A stretch of DNA of 64,000 nucleotides from positions 111,044,001 through 111,108,000 of the forward strand of contig NC_045696.1 of NCBI RefSeq assembly GCF_009834535.1. The letters run 5' to 3'. The position numbers and the translations under genes are program-made. Shown here one piece after another: positions 51,272-64,000 of the stretch (the stretch's first letter is position 1; every line of letters starts with the position of its first letter). Source of the stretch: Camelus ferus. Its lineage: Eukaryota. The notes under the pieces are model-generated. The model did no database searches. It was given only the letters and a program-made list of their open reading frames with translations, and was not told the DNA's origin.

Positions 51272-53100
51272 GCTCCCCTTTCCAGCAGGGAGATCAGTGG
51301 GGACAGAAAGGGAGCTTCTGAGGCTCAGAGGGAAAAAATAGCAACCACCTGGCAGAGAGAACTGAGAGAGACAGTCACACAGGGTCTCTGTGACCCTCAA
51401 TGCAGGATGTGAGCTTGTGGGCGCAGGCTGGGGCTGGCCGCCGGAACTCGGTGAAGAGCAGGGAAGAGGGTTGGGGCCAACTACACAGAAGCAGCCACAG
51501 GGGGCTGGAGTGTGGTGCGGGCTGTGGCAAGGAGTGTGTGCAGAACAGAACAGCCTGGGCCCCCCATAAAAAAGCACCACTGCTGGTGCACATGTTGGGG
51601 AGGGCTGCAGTGCAGCTGGGCCATAGCCACTGTTTTTGCTAGCCTAGAGGGTTTTCTCAGCACTGTTGTTGGCACATTCTCATGAAAAGTGAGACAGGGC
51701 TGAGTGATAACTATAACAATTGCTGGTGCATGGCTCCCAGGCGGAGGTGGGACTGAAACTGAATGCATACCCAGGGGCCCCACAACCTCACAGCCCCAGG
51801 CGGAGGGGGCAGATTTGTTCCACTGGTGCCTTTGTGGACCCACCCTTCTAAGACGAATGAGCAACTAGTAGAGTTCTGGCGCACGGTGGGAGTGAGTTTA
51901 GTGTTTACAGCAGGGCTATGTGCCGGATGCAGGCACAGGGCTTGAGTCCGCGCTGACCCAGTAGTGCGCTGTGGGTGCAGGTGCATGACTGCATGCTTGC
52001 TATGGCAGGTCCTAGTGACTGAGGTCAGCAAATCTGCACTGGTGGCTGTGTGGGCACAGAATCTAGGGGAAACCAGAGTGGGTGGCTGACATTCCTGCAG
52101 CTGAGGTGGGGACAAGGGCAGCATTAACAAAGAGAACTGTGTAAGCCCACATCACAGAGAGCAAACAACACCACAGAGGGCACTTCCTGGTGGACATGTC
52201 CTGCAAGGAGGAATACTCAGCATCTCTTCTTCCTGCTGAAGGACTCCAACCATGCCTATCACACACCACAGCTCAGAAGTGGGTCTGGAAGCTTCTATTC
52301 TAAGAACAGAGGAGCAGTCCGGCCCCTGTCAGGGCTGTGAAAACCATAGAACAAAAAAGAAGACCCACTTAGCAACCAGAGCAGGCTCTAATCACCATAC
52401 CAACAACACACCCGATCAACAGGATAACAGCCAACACACATGGAAAAAGACGTGATCACCATCCACACTAAAAACAGCCCTTGTGACAAAAATTATTAGA
52501 TGCTCACAGTCTACACAGGAACATTATCACTTTAAAAACAAACAAACACCAAGCAAACAACAGCCCTTCAGCATCACAGTAGATAACTGGTACTCCTAAA
52601 TCCAGAGTCAGAGAAATACAAATGAAATGAAGAAGCAGAGAAACCACTCTCAATCAAAAGAACAAGGGAAGTACACTGAAAGAATGATTAATGACATAGA
52701 CCTCGACACTCTACTAGATCATGTCTTCAAAAGGGAAATGATAAAAGCACTGAAGGAAATAAGAGAGATTATGAATCATAATGCAGAAAACTATAACAAG
52801 GAAATAGAAACAATGAAGAGGAGCCAATTAAAAACAGAAAACTCAATGGCTGAGATAAAAGCTGAGCTAAAGGCAGTCAAAAGCAGACTAGATAATGCAG
52901 AGGAACAAATAAGTGACCCAGAGGACAGGATAACAGAAATCACCCAATCAAAACAACAGATAGAAAAGCCAGTGAAATCTAATGGAAGCAATATATGGGA
53001 TAATATAAGGCATGGCAGTCTACACATAATAGGGGCCCCAGAAGGAGAAGAAAGAGAAAGAGATCAAAAGGTATTTGAAGAAATCATGACTGAAAATAAT
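51272..53100 (+). mobile_element. L1 5' UTR (GC-rich) and N-terminal half of ORF1
   Basis: GC-rich block leading into ORF 52627-53103. Confidence 0.9.
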
Positions 53101-53103
53101 TAA
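52627..53103 (+). pseudogene. Truncated L1 ORF1p (coiled coil and start of RRM)
   Basis: SRLDNAEEQISDPEDR and WDNIRHGSLHIIGAPEGEE are ORF1p motifs; the ORF ends at FEEIMTEN where L1 homology stops. Confidence 0.9.
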
Positions 53104-53299
53104 ATATGAATTATATCCAGTGTCATAATAATAGAAAGGGGAGAGTATTGGGTGGGAGAAATACCTAAGTCGGGTTTGGATTGCAAGGAAGTCTTCCAGG
53201 AAGGGGCAGTATGTAGATTGCTTCTAGAAACAGAAGTAGAAGATGGTTGGCATGGGGACAGAGAGTGAGACAGAGAAGAAAAGGATCTTTAGTAGGTTA

Positions 53300-53808
53300 A
53301 ATTATCATTAAAAATAAACCCACTTCTCTTACTCCCACCTCTATGGATAGAGTTAATGTTCTTTCCTCTTTAATTCTATTTGATTTTGACCAACAGAGTG
53401 TGGGCAGAAATGAAAATGTGATAGTTCAGGGCTGAGGTCTAGGGAGGTATCATAAAATATCACTTGCATTTTCTGACTTCCCTGCCGTTACTATAAGAAG
53501 AATCCACGCCTCTAGTGTGATGGTCTAAGAAAAATAAGTGGTATACGGAGATGACCTGAGCCCAATCCAACATGAAGAGCCAGCCCCTCTGAACACACAG
53601 CTTGAAGTAGAGCTGCCCAGCCAATCATATATACAACAGCTGACCCATAGTCAACTTGTAGATGCAAGAATGAGCTTACGCAAGATCAGTAAAGCTGTCC
53701 TCGGCAACTTGCAGACATATGAAAAATAGAAGCTTATCTTTGAATGTCACTGAGATTTTGGGAATTGTTTGTTATGCAGCATTATTATAGCAAGAGCCTA
53801 CTGATACA
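53300..53808 (+). mobile_element. Old MLT1 (G/H-like) LTR
   Basis: tttgaccaacagagtgtgggcagaaatga...cactgagattttgg...ttgttatgcagcattatt...ctgataca. Confidence 0.75.
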
Positions 53809-53898
53809 GGAACTTTCTTTGTTCCTCCCTGCATTCTAGGGGGAGAGTTTGAGTGAAGAGTGCATATAAAAATCTACAGCAAAAGGGAGCATAGTCAA

Positions 53899-54349
53899 TA
53901 TACTAATTTCCTAGGGCTGTAATACCAAATTACCACAACTGGGTGGCTTAAAATATCAGAAATTGATTATCTCGTTTTTTGAAGCCCAGAAGTCCAACAT
54001 TAGAGTGTCAGTAGGGCCATGCTTCCTCAAAGTCTCTAGAGAATTCTTCCCTACAAATTCTAGCTTCTGGTGGCTCTTAGACATCCTTGGCTTGTGACAG
54101 TTTACCTCCAAACTCCTCCTCCATCTCCATATGTGCTTCTTCTCCATGTTTCTGTGTCTCAAAGCTTCCTTCTCTCATAAGGACACCAGTCATTGGGTCT
54201 TGGAATCATGCTAAATCCAAGACTATTTCATCCTGGGATCCTTAACCTACTTGTATCTCCAAAGGCCCTAGTTCCAAATAAGATCATATTCAGAACCAAG
54301 GGTTAGAACTTGGATATACTGTTCTGGGGACTCTATTCAACTCACTACA
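53899..54349 (-). mobile_element. MLT1B/C-like solo LTR
   Basis: tttcctagggctgtaataccaaattaccacaactgggtggcttaaa...attcaactcactaca; 5-bp flanks gtcaa / gccaa. Confidence 0.88.
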
Positions 54350-55369
54350 GCCAATGTGAGAAACTAAAAACAATTTAGTACAGCAGACTCAATACTCACC
54401 TGTTAAATGGAGACATGAATAATAACCTACCTCATATAGTTATTGGGAGGATTAAAGAAAAGATTAAAAACACTATCCAGCATTTGGCGAATGGTCAGTG
54501 AGCATTAGTCACCATTACCATCATTATTTGCTAATGTTATTTCTTCTTATTGTTGTTATTATTCATTATAATTGAGATAATCATCATTGCCTTATCAACT
54601 TTGGAGAACTATGTAAAAATAAAATGAGATACTAGTTGGCAAAACATTTTCAAAAAGTGTTTTTTTGTAAAAATCAAAATAATTTGAAGTGTTATTACTT
54701 CTGAAAGTTTTTCATGCATGCATTTTAAATAAAACAAATCACATTAAACATGTAGTGAGTTCTAAATGGAGAGACATAGTAGGTAAATCTTTTCCTAATG
54801 TAAAAAATACGCTTGTATATTTTTTTCCAGTGAATAAGATTTTGTATAAATCAGTTAGCTAAAAGGGGAGCACATCCACTCACTTTGCTGTTCATGCAAC
54901 ACGCTAAAAAATTGATTTAAATGTGAAACTTTTATTAAAATAATAAGATATAGCCAAGAAGACAAACTAGTATTTTTTTTGGCTGGAATCCTTAGGAACC
55001 CTGAATACGCCCACATAAATATACAATTGTCAGATTTTCTTATGTAAATGCTTATTTATCTTCTTTTGAGATGTCTTTTGTGTAGAGTATGGTTTTGGAA
55101 AACATTTAAAAAGCTCTTATATGGTTTTTTGGTAACCTCAAATGGCTCTGGGAAATGTCCTTTTTGCTAAACAGTGGGAGGAAATGACATTTCAGCCTTT
55201 AAAATATGAACATTGGTTTTTATTGATGAAAAACAAACTAAATGGAACTCAAGTTTGCCTTTTCTGGGAGCTCACATGGGAGCTCAAAAAGCACTGAGAA
55301 CCTGCAACATCCCAGGCCCCATGGCAACTGCTGGGGCAGAAATTTAAGTACAGAATTTAAATAAGATAC

Positions 55370-55920
55370 TGTCTTTACTCTCAGCACAGTGAAGTCTAGG
55401 AGACAGATGAGAAGATCAGCAATCACAGTAGGGTATAATGGATATCTTAATGGTTCTATTAAGAGAGACATGTAGGGATACAGACCCAGGCATCCTGACA
55501 AATGGGGTAGGGGGGATAATTCTGCCAGAGGGAAATGTGGTGGAAGTTAAGCTCTGAAGGAAAAGAGCTAGAGCCCTGTCTTGGAAAGGACAGTAATGTC
55601 AGGAAGAGGGGACTGCCTGTGCATGTACATGTTGACAGAACATCCATTGAGGACAAGAAATTGTGTTTTGATCAATAATTGTGCTCTACACTGGAAATTG
55701 ACACAACATTGTAAACTGACTATAAGTCAATTTAAAAAAAAGATATTGAATATAAAAAAAAAATTTGTAGAGAAAATTTCAAATGTTCCTTGATGTGAGA
55801 AGGAAGAGTGCATCAGATTGAAGAAGGAGATATAACTGTGGGGATGTCTCAAGGCATATATGGTGGACTCTGTGTAATGAGCCAAAAGCTTAGCATTTTA
55901 TCTTAAATGTGTTCTATGCA
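55370..55920 (-). mobile_element. L2 fragments, with a tiny plus-strand L1 3' tail at about 55677-55762
   Basis: ctctcagcacagtgaagtctaggagacaga; the insert aattgtgctctacactggaaattgacacaacattgtaaactgactataagtcaat followed by A tracts matches the young L1 terminus. Confidence 0.65.
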
Positions 55921-55946
55921 GTGAGGGGAGGGGTCCACTGGCAAAG

Positions 55947-55972
<26 letters not shown>
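55947..55972. repeat. (GA)n microsatellite
   Basis: Direct reading. Confidence 0.95.
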
Positions 55973-55978
<6 letters not shown>

Positions 55979-56171
55979 AGGCTGGAAGGGAAGTAGTTTA
56001 AAGAAAAGGAAATTGATTCAAGGACTGAGACATCAGTTCAAGGGGACAAAGCCTCATCTATGACAAGTGAAAGAATCAGATAAGAGAACATGTAGGCAAC
56101 AAGGAGTAGCATCAGTAAAAGTGGATGATCAATAGGATATGTTGGACAGAAAGCCAACTTGGGGAGAGTCT

Positions 56172-56513
56172 AGAGCTGTGGTGTCCAACACAAGTAGCCA
56201 CCAGCCATATATGGTTAATGGACGCTTTAGACAGGGCTAATATAATTTGAGATGTACCCTAAGTATAAAATACACACCAAATTTTGAAGACCAAGCATGA
56301 AAATCTAATATGAACTATTTCATTAATAATTTTACACATAGATTATACGTTGAAATGATCATTTGGGGGGTATATATGGTTATGTAAAACATACTATCAA
56401 AATTAATTTCACTTGATTCTTGTTACCATTTTAATGGGGCTACTAGAAACTTTAAACCTTATATATGTGGCCCACACTTGTAGCTTATGTTATATATCTA
56501 ATGGACAGCACTG
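56172..56513. mobile_element. MER33-like hAT-Charlie element
   Basis: Terminal inverted similarity ctgtggtgtcca / tggacagcactg; internal taagtataaaatacacacc and aaaattaatttcacttg. Confidence 0.85.
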
Positions 56514-56764
56514 ATTTACCCCAGCTGTCTGTCTTGAATGACTTGAGAATTGTGTTGTTAATCAACAAAGCGGAAACAACAGAGAAAGGAAAGTACTAGA
56601 GGGATGAGAAAGTGTGCTGACTTTAAAATGCCTGTTGGACTTGCACGTGGAGCCGTTCACCTTGCAGATATGTTAAATACCTGGCTTGGAGCCTCAGGTT
56701 AGAGATCAGCTGGAGATGATGGATTTGGAATGAGTGTGGGTGTGGTCATCCAAGCACAAACATG

Positions 56765-56975
56765 CAGTATTTACTGTGGACCAGGCATCCTGTTAACTAA
56801 TTTGCATATATTTAATTCTCAGCAATCCTTTGAGTCATGTATCATCCTCCTCCTCCTCCTCCTCCTCCTCCTCATCCCCATTTTCCAAATGGAGAAGCTG
56901 AAGTTGACGTCAACAACGTAACAAAGCTATAGGTGAATGCTAATGATGCTTAAGCTTTGGGGCTCTTGTCTTGCA
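56765..56975 (-). mobile_element. MIR fragment with (CCT)n expansion
   Basis: tttaattctcagcaatcc...(cct)n...atccccattttccaaatggagaagctgaag. Confidence 0.75.
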
Positions 56976-57789
56976 AGGTCCATTCCAAGGCTTAGCATGC
57001 TTCTCCTGAGGATGCAGGCAGGAAGCAGTAGTTCCATCCAATTACAAGGGGCGGAGAACAATGTCCCAGTCTGGGGGTTACTTCTGTGCCCTGGAAGTGG
57101 TCCTGGGGCTGCCAGCATGACCTGTATATTACCTCAGACACACTAAAATCTTGCATTAGGCATCAAGCTCTGGGTTCCAACTTTACTCCCAAGATAAGGA
57201 TCTAAAGGAAATGCTTTTCCATTAGGGGCCACTGTCACTCAGGTTTTAGGAGCACTCACCTCCAGGATCAAGCATGAGAAGTTGAGGAAGGAGCTCAAGG
57301 GCAGCCCAGTGACCACCTGGCTGAGCTGAGACAGTTGCTGAGTGATCCTCAGGGGCCAAGCCAAGGGACATCATATGTCTGGAGACACCCAAGACTGCTC
57401 CTGGGCAAGAGGAACCTCCTTAGCAAAAATCTGCGTGAGAACTTACAGATGTGTCATCACCAAAAAGGTACTGAGAAGCAGAAACTCTTCTAAATTATCA
57501 ACAGTTGAAAATCAAATTTTATGCATTCATGCCATGGGAAATATTGAAATCAATTCCTAGTTTCCCGAGAGATGGATTGCAATACTTTATCACATGAAAA
57601 GTCAAATAAAAATATATAGTCAAAAATATGAGAAAAAAAGTGTTATAAAGTTATGTCAGATATATTGATAGCAATTATTTATTTTTCTGGATTTGGAGAT
57701 ATTTCTACTGTCCAGCTTAAATTTTAAAAATTTGCTGAGATTTTCAAGCTAATTCTCAATAAACATTCACTTTTATACTTTGTTTTGTA

Positions 57790-58420
57790 ATTTTGTTTAA
57801 GTTACCTTTATTCAGGAATAATTTACATAAAATAAAATACATCAATTTTAACTGTATAATTAAATCAGTTTGACAAATTCTGACAAAGGTAACCACCTTC
57901 CCAGTCAAAATTTAGGATATTTCTAATATCCCGGAAAGTTTCCTTGTGCCCCTTTGAGATCAATTACCTTCCACCTTAGCTGCAGGCAATCACTGATCTG
58001 CCCTCACTATAGATTAGCTTTATCCCTGTTGTACGAGGCCATATGAATGAAATAATGCCCTGTTCACTCTTTTTCAAGACATCTTGAACTCAGCATATTG
58101 TTAAGATTGAAACATGTTTTTGTGTGTATCAGTAATCCATTTGTTTCCATTGCTAGGTAGCATTCATTATGTGAATATACCATTGTTTTTAATCTATTCA
58201 ACTCAGTGGACATTTGGGTTGTTTCCAGTTTGGGTCTATTATGAAAAAAGCTGCTATAAAACCCTTGTTCAGTTTCTTTGTTGATATAAGTTTTTATTTT
58301 CTTTGGAATTGCTTTGTCATAGGTAGATGAATGGCAACCTTTTTGAGAAACTGCCTAGCTAATTTCCAAAGTGTTTTTACCTCCCCCTTGGCTTTCCCTT
58401 GCCTACTGGCAATGTCTGAG
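57790..58420 (-). mobile_element. Ancient L1 3' fragment
   Basis: gtggacatttgggttgtttccagtttgggtctattatgaaaaaagctgctataaa. Confidence 0.8.
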
Positions 58421-58644
58421 ATTTAAAAAAAAAAAGATATTGTTTTATATAATTTTTTTTCTTAAAGGGAGCCACTCAACTTACATAAGCATTAAACCCT
58501 ACAAAATCTGAGCTGTCCTGTTAAGGCGGCAGAGTCAGGTCCAAGACTCCAGACCCCTGCACTATGCAGAGAAGAGCAGAGTGGCTGGGACAGAGCCCCA
58601 GGAACCAGTAAATCTTGTGGATGAATCTCACAGAAGCACTTTGA

Positions 58645-59537
58645 AATGATTAATTTTGGGTCAACTTGACTGGGCCAGGAGACCCAGATATTTACTCAAA
58701 CACAAGGCTTTCCATGAACGCAGTTTTCAGTGAGATGAACAATTTTTAAATCAGTAGACTTTGAGTAAAGCAGTGACCCTCCATAATGTGGATGTGTTAG
58801 GTAGTCAGATAAGTGGGGGCACCGGGCAGATAAGATGGAGAAGAGGGAGGATGGTCCAGAAGATGGTCCAGAGGATGGTCCCTTCAGCATAAAGGGGCTT
58901 TATTTACTCTAAATGAAAAAAATCTGTTAGAACCCAACAGTTGCAACTGTGTGGTGGCCACAAGGCCTTAACCAGACATGACCCAATGCTCACTGCAATA
59001 TAATTAGCATTGTGGTTTAGCAACCCCCCATGGGTTCTTCTGTGTGCATCATGGGTGAGGACATGTGCAAAAGGGGACAAACATGACTCAGCATTCCAGG
59101 GACAAGAGCCATCAATCACTCAAAAGCCCATCTCTGAGCGAGGTTTACGAGAAGGGCAAAGACCACTGCTATCCACCCTTGGATCAGCCCACCACCCATT
59201 CTTGGATGTGCACTTTCCCTTTGTGAAAAAATTCTTTAAAATCTTTCACTACACAATGCTTTGTCTCCCATCTGAATTATATTTCAGGTATGACAAGAAC
59301 TAGAGTATTTTCCCTTCTCATTTTGGGTAACAGATGGGCCTCACCTGACCAGTTGAAAAAAGACTGATGTCTCCTGAGAAGAGGGAATTCTGTCTTCAGA
59401 TTTGAATTGCTGCATCAACTCATCCATGGTTCTCTAGCCTGCTGCTCTATCCTGCAGGCTTCGGACTTGCCAGCTTCTGCAAGTAAGCCAATTCTTTAAC
59501 ATCTCTCACTCTCTCACTCTCCCAGCACACACACATG

Positions 59538-59578
<41 letters not shown>

Positions 59579-59607
59579 CCTTTCTACCTGGAGAATTCTA
59601 ATGCACA
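58645..59607 (+). mobile_element. MLT2 (ERVL) LTR, interrupted by a solo LTR and containing (CA)n
   Basis: tgattaattttgggtcaacttgactgggcc...agtagactttgagtaaagcag...ccctccataatgtgg|atgggcctca...tcggacttgccagc...ctggagaattctaatgca. Confidence 0.88.
58795..59332. mobile_element. Solo LTR, probably class I ERV
   Basis: Inverted termini tgtta...taaca; 4-bp TSD gatg at 58791-58794 and 59333-59336; the MLT2 reads through when the insert is removed. Confidence 0.85.
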
Positions 59608-60819
59608 CTGCCTCCTTCATCAGGGGCCCTGAAGGACTGTCAGCATTCAGAATAGACTCCTGTCCAATTTCCTCTCTTCCCCAAGTCCAAGGTAGTACTC
59701 CAAAGTCCTTTGGTTTGGGTTTTGAACACCTCCAGAAAAAGTAAAACTTATTGTACTTTCTTTACCACAGAGGACGCCCCTTCAATAGACCATGCAGAGA
59801 ACATTTGCTCCCTTTGCCTTGGGCAGAGCAGTATGCTTTTCTAAAGAGGACCAGCTCTCTTCCTTTACTTGCCTGCCCCATCCCCTTCTCTTTATTAGCT
59901 TTAAAACTAGATATTCTTTTCCTCCTTTTCTCACTACACTGACCATATATAGTCAATATAGACAGCTGCTGAAGCAGGAAAAATGGGAAATACTGCTATA
60001 TTTATGTACCAGGATCCACTGTATATCCTGAGCCTGGATACAAAATTGCTCCTTACCACCCTGGTCCTACCTAGGGAGCGTGGGACCCAGGAGGACACAG
60101 AGAGGCCCAATGCAATCAGATACAAGCAACAGCTCCAGTGATTTCTGCCTGGAAGTGCAGATAAAGGCTTCCCCGGGAGAGTGATTCTGGGGAAGAAAAA
60201 GCCTCCTCTTCTGTGCAGCTCAACACAGAGCATCACACAACTGCATCAAATTTTTGCGTCTCTCCAAAGTAATCACCCAGTGTAATTACCCAAAAGCAAA
60301 ACTTGGGATTCTTTTGGCTTCTCCTCCTGGGCAGTAGGAGAGGAGATAACTCTTGGGAAGCACATGGCCCTCTAACACGGCTGTGAGGAAGTGTGAGTAG
60401 ATAGCAGAAGGCTAAGGAGTTACTCACACCTGGATAGAGTTTTCTTTTGCAGCATTAAAACTTTCTCGAGTTTTAACTTCCAGGGGAGAATACAGACATT
60501 GTAAAGGCTGTGGTGGGAGGTTATGTTATGGACAATGCTTCCCCAACATTGAACAATCCTGTTGTGAGGGTGGCGCCAAGTTCTCTGCGGTACCGAAGGG
60601 GGAGGAAGAGACATCATTACCACTGCAGACAAAATATTGGGGCTCTTGCATTTCACAGTCCATCCCCCCTCCCTCAACCCATAAATGCTCCTTTCTGTAA
60701 GTGAGGTGCCATCTTCTCTTGTGACAGGAAATTTACGTGCTGGTCTCTTTTCTGTTTCATTTTTTTGTCTGTTTCTTTGATTTGCTATGTAGGTCATATA
60801 AGTTCTCCACAGTAATGGA

Positions 60820-61200
60820 TAGAAGATAATTATCCATCAGGAACTACATTTCCCAGCTCCCCTGCATCTAGAGAGGATGAAATGGCCAGTTCTGGCCAAT
60901 GGTATGTGGGTGAAAAAGGTGTGCTGTGCCTTGGATCCCAGGTGGTTAGGCATACCTGTGTACCCTCCTCTTGCTTCCTTCTCTCCATCTTTGACTGGTA
61001 CGGATTCAAGGAACCTTGGGGCTTCGCTATGGAAGCACATGTGTCCCTGCGCCAACTCTCGCATGCTAGTTACCCAACAGAGCCGTCACCACATGGTGGA
61101 CTTTCCCGGAGTGAGAAGGAAAAAAAAAAAAAACTTACTGCCTTTGAGCACTGAGATTTTCAGGTTATTTGTCATAAAGTCAGCATAGCCTGATTACTAG
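60820..61200 (+). mobile_element. Old MLT1 LTR
   Basis: actacatttcccagctcccctgcatctag...ttctggccaatgg...gcactgagattttcaggttatttgtca...gcatagcc. Confidence 0.8.
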
Positions 61201-61861
61201 GAGTTATTATTATTCTACAGGTGGGTCACTAATATATGATTAGTCACTAACATCATTTTACATTTTTCTTCACGCACCGCCACTACCACATAGGGGATAG
61301 GCTTTACAACAATTCAGTGTTTATAAGAGCAATTAGGATGTTTTCACTAAATAAGCAGAAAGATGTCAAAGAACATGATACACTTGATGAGGGCAGAAAT
61401 TGTGTTTATCTCTTTTTCACCATTTTACTAGAGCCTAGGTATAGACGCTTAATAGATATTTATTGCTTGAAAAATGCATTAGCCAAGTAGGATGAGGACT
61501 GAATAACATACACACCTAAAATGTTTTTGACTGACCACGTCAGAACTTTATTTCTTGCTTTAGACATCAGTTCAGTATGGTTCATTGGTGGGATACTTTC
61601 CAGGTGGGAGTTAAGAGGAGCAGCATCCTTCCACATTCTGGTTCTAGCTTGTCATAGAGTCTTAGAGTCCTCTGCTGCATCATTTTTATACACTTAGCAA
61701 AAAGAGATCATGGAGGATCACGAGAAATGATCTCGTTGCCCTGACATGGAAGTGGTGCATCACACTTCTGCCATTTTCTGTTGGCCAGAACTCAGTCACA
61801 TGGTCACATTTAGCCTCAGAGGAATTTGGGAGATGTAGTTCAACTGTGTATCCAAGAGGAA

Positions 61862-62392
61862 TGTATTAATATCCTATTGCTGCTCTAATAGATGACCACA
61901 AATTTGTAGATTAAAACAGCACAACTTTATTATCTTATAGTTCTGGAGGTCCAAAGTCTTAAAATCAAAATTTTGGCAAGGCTGCATTCCTTCTGGAAGT
62001 TCTAGAGGGAAATCTGTTTTCCTGCCTTTTCCAGTTTCTAGAGGCCACCTGGATTATTTGATTCATGTTACCTTCCTTCATCATCAAAGCCAACAGTATA
62101 ACATCTTCAGTTTCTCTCTCTCTCTCTCTGACCTTGGCTCCTGTCATCATATCACCTTCTCTTACACTGACCCTACCACTTTTATCTTCTACAGACCCTT
62201 GAGTTTATTACATTTGGTCCACACCAATAATGTAGGATAATCTTCCCATCTCAAGATCCTTAACTTAATCACATCTGGAAATTTCCTCTTTTTCTATGTA
62301 AGGTCATGTATTCACAGATTCTAGCAATTAGGATGTAGGCATCTTGGACACCTTCAGTGGCAGGGGGGGCGGCTTATTCTTTCAACCACACA
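61862..62392 (-). mobile_element. MLT1D-like LTR nested in an older MLT1 LTR (about 61580-62435)
   Basis: tgtatt...cctattgctgctctaata...ttaaaacagcacaactttattatcttatagttctggagg; flanked by gagga(a) on both sides. Confidence 0.85.
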
Positions 62393-62659
62393 GAGGAAAC
62401 AGTTTGCAGTGAATATACAGCAGTCTTCACTACAGGTGAATGAATGAATTAACTATGAGAAGAGAACAAGCATTCCCCTGGGTAGACAGGAAGATCATCT
62501 TTGACTTTCTCCAGCACAGCCCAGTTCCCTAGCAAAGGGATTTATTTAGGTTTAAACAAGAGCTACAGTCTGTAGAATTCAAACAAGAATGAAATATGGT
62601 TCCAATTTAGAAGAAATGGGACAAATGTCCAACTCCTAGAACAACAAGAGGGTGTTTTT

Positions 62660-62745
62660 CTTATTTATTTCCTTCCTTCCTTCCTTCCTTCCTCCCTCCC
62701 TCCCTCCCTCCCTTCCTTCTTTGTTCTTTTTTTTTTTTTGTTTTC
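62660..62745. repeat. Compound (TTTA)(TTCC)n(CCCT)n and poly-T simple repeat
   Basis: Direct reading. Confidence 0.9.
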
Positions 62746-64000
62746 GCAAGAATAGGCAGGAGCTAATTGCTAGAATGACCTTTGGCTGGCTCTCATGTCT
62801 AAAATAAGGTGTCTTTGCCAATTAAATTTCTTCCAAGATTCAAACTATGATTTATATATGGTGCCTTAAGATCGTAGACATGAAAAACTCTGGCAGAAAG
62901 TCCCCAAAAGGGCAACCTACGGTTAACACTGTTAATTTTATAAATCACGATGTTAAAATATTTGTATTTGTAAATTGGGAAATTTTCCTAACATGAATTG
63001 AAATATCCTTATTAACTTTTGGCAGGACACTGCTGTGCCTCAGTTGAAGAAAACAGATTTAGAAGAAAGGTCTGGAAATATTAAATAAAAATGGACTTTA
63101 CAAAAAAAAGACTATGTGGCTACATAAACTTTGCATACATAGAATATTAAATTGACCACAATCACAGAAAAAAGAATTCTATTTCTCTATCAACTTCACA
63201 TTAGAGATCTTACATGTAACTAATTTTAAAACAATAACACCTCCTTTTACCTTTTCCAAATATGTTGTGAAATCTGAATTCCATGGTTCTTTTTCATCCT
63301 CATTCAAGTGTCATGATGGAGTACTCTTGGTGGAGGTTGTTAGTCACTGACAACAGAATCCACTATAGCTATTAATCAGAAGGAGCTTTGATTTGGTACA
63401 AGCAGTTCATGGAGATCGAGGCTTGGATGCTATGCAGGGAAGAGCAGTGCAGCCAGATGGAGCAAAGCTCTCCACTAGAAACATTCCTACTGACACCACC
63501 TACCAGTCAGCGCTACAATGCCGAGGCCTAGACCTTAGAACGTACCCTGTGGTTCAGAATAGCCATAGCCCTGCTTGCCAAAAACTAGATCTTCTCAACG
63601 TAGGGCACTGCTTCGATTTTCTCCCTTCCCTTCCAAGACACGTGGGATAGTGCCTGTGCAGTGAAATTTAGTTCACATATGGATTTCTAACTTTATAACA
63701 GGTTTAAAATATAATTTTTAATGTGACAATTTCCATACCTCAGAAAGGTAAGCTAGAATCTGTTGAAGCCAACAATCTATAGCACATATCATAAACATTA
63801 GGCTTCTTTCTTTGGAGTTTTTCCCCCTACATGCACATGTAGGGGCATGTATCTAGTCCTGGGTGCTTTTGTCAACATAGAAGGTCAATAATTAAAGCTA
63901 CATGGACTGTGGGCGTCCTTGACCTCTGCCAGATGCACAGTGATTCTGTGGCATCTCTGTGAAACTGAGAAACTTACTACTGTCCCGTGCGGGGGAAGTC

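Noticed and set aside
51272..52450. CpG-island promoter of a host gene with overlapping ORFs
   Set aside because: It leads directly into L1 ORF1 and is the L1 5' UTR; the ORFs reflect high GC content.
7215..58420. Minus-strand bias of long L1/ERV inserts implying a plus-strand host gene
   Set aside because: Many plus-strand L1 fragments are also present, and the counts are too small to infer transcription direction.
1..64000. Short ORFs (60-195 aa) as cellular genes
   Set aside because: The recognisable ones are L1, ERV or MaLR remnants or their antisense frames; the rest are low-complexity or chance ORFs with no domain or consistent exon structure.
1..64000. CRISPR-like or other regularly spaced repeat array
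   Set aside because: Recurrent sequences are dispersed L1 3' ends, LTRs and microsatellites; I saw no repeat-spacer periodicity.

Overview
Gene-poor, AT-rich, CpG-depleted placental-mammal DNA, intergenic or deep intronic. A tRNA-Ala-like SINE resembling camelid Vic-1 and the young L1 3' ends suggest a camelid, but this is recognition by eye. I see no intact cellular protein-coding exon, functional RNA gene or CRISPR array. Every ORF I can assign to a protein family is a transposon remnant (L1 ORF1/ORF2, MaLR internal ORF, class I ERV gag/env). The window is a layered transposon fossil record: ancient MIR, L2, L1M, MLT1/MLT2 and hAT MER elements, overlaid by younger L1 insertions with readable target-site duplications (TSDs). 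The most notable structures are: (1) a pol-less class I ERV with full gag remnant, partial env, PPT and 3' LTR; (2) an adjacent tail-less, inverted L1 insertion that appears internally primed at both ends; (3) a twin-primed L1 with a multi-kb internal deletion; (4) a 14-nt L1 3' transduction; (5) a candidate 3'-UTR retrocopy. I found no evidence for a new biological system; these are unusual instances of known retrotransposition mechanisms. Repeat family names come from memory of consensus motifs, and boundaries without TSDs are approximate.
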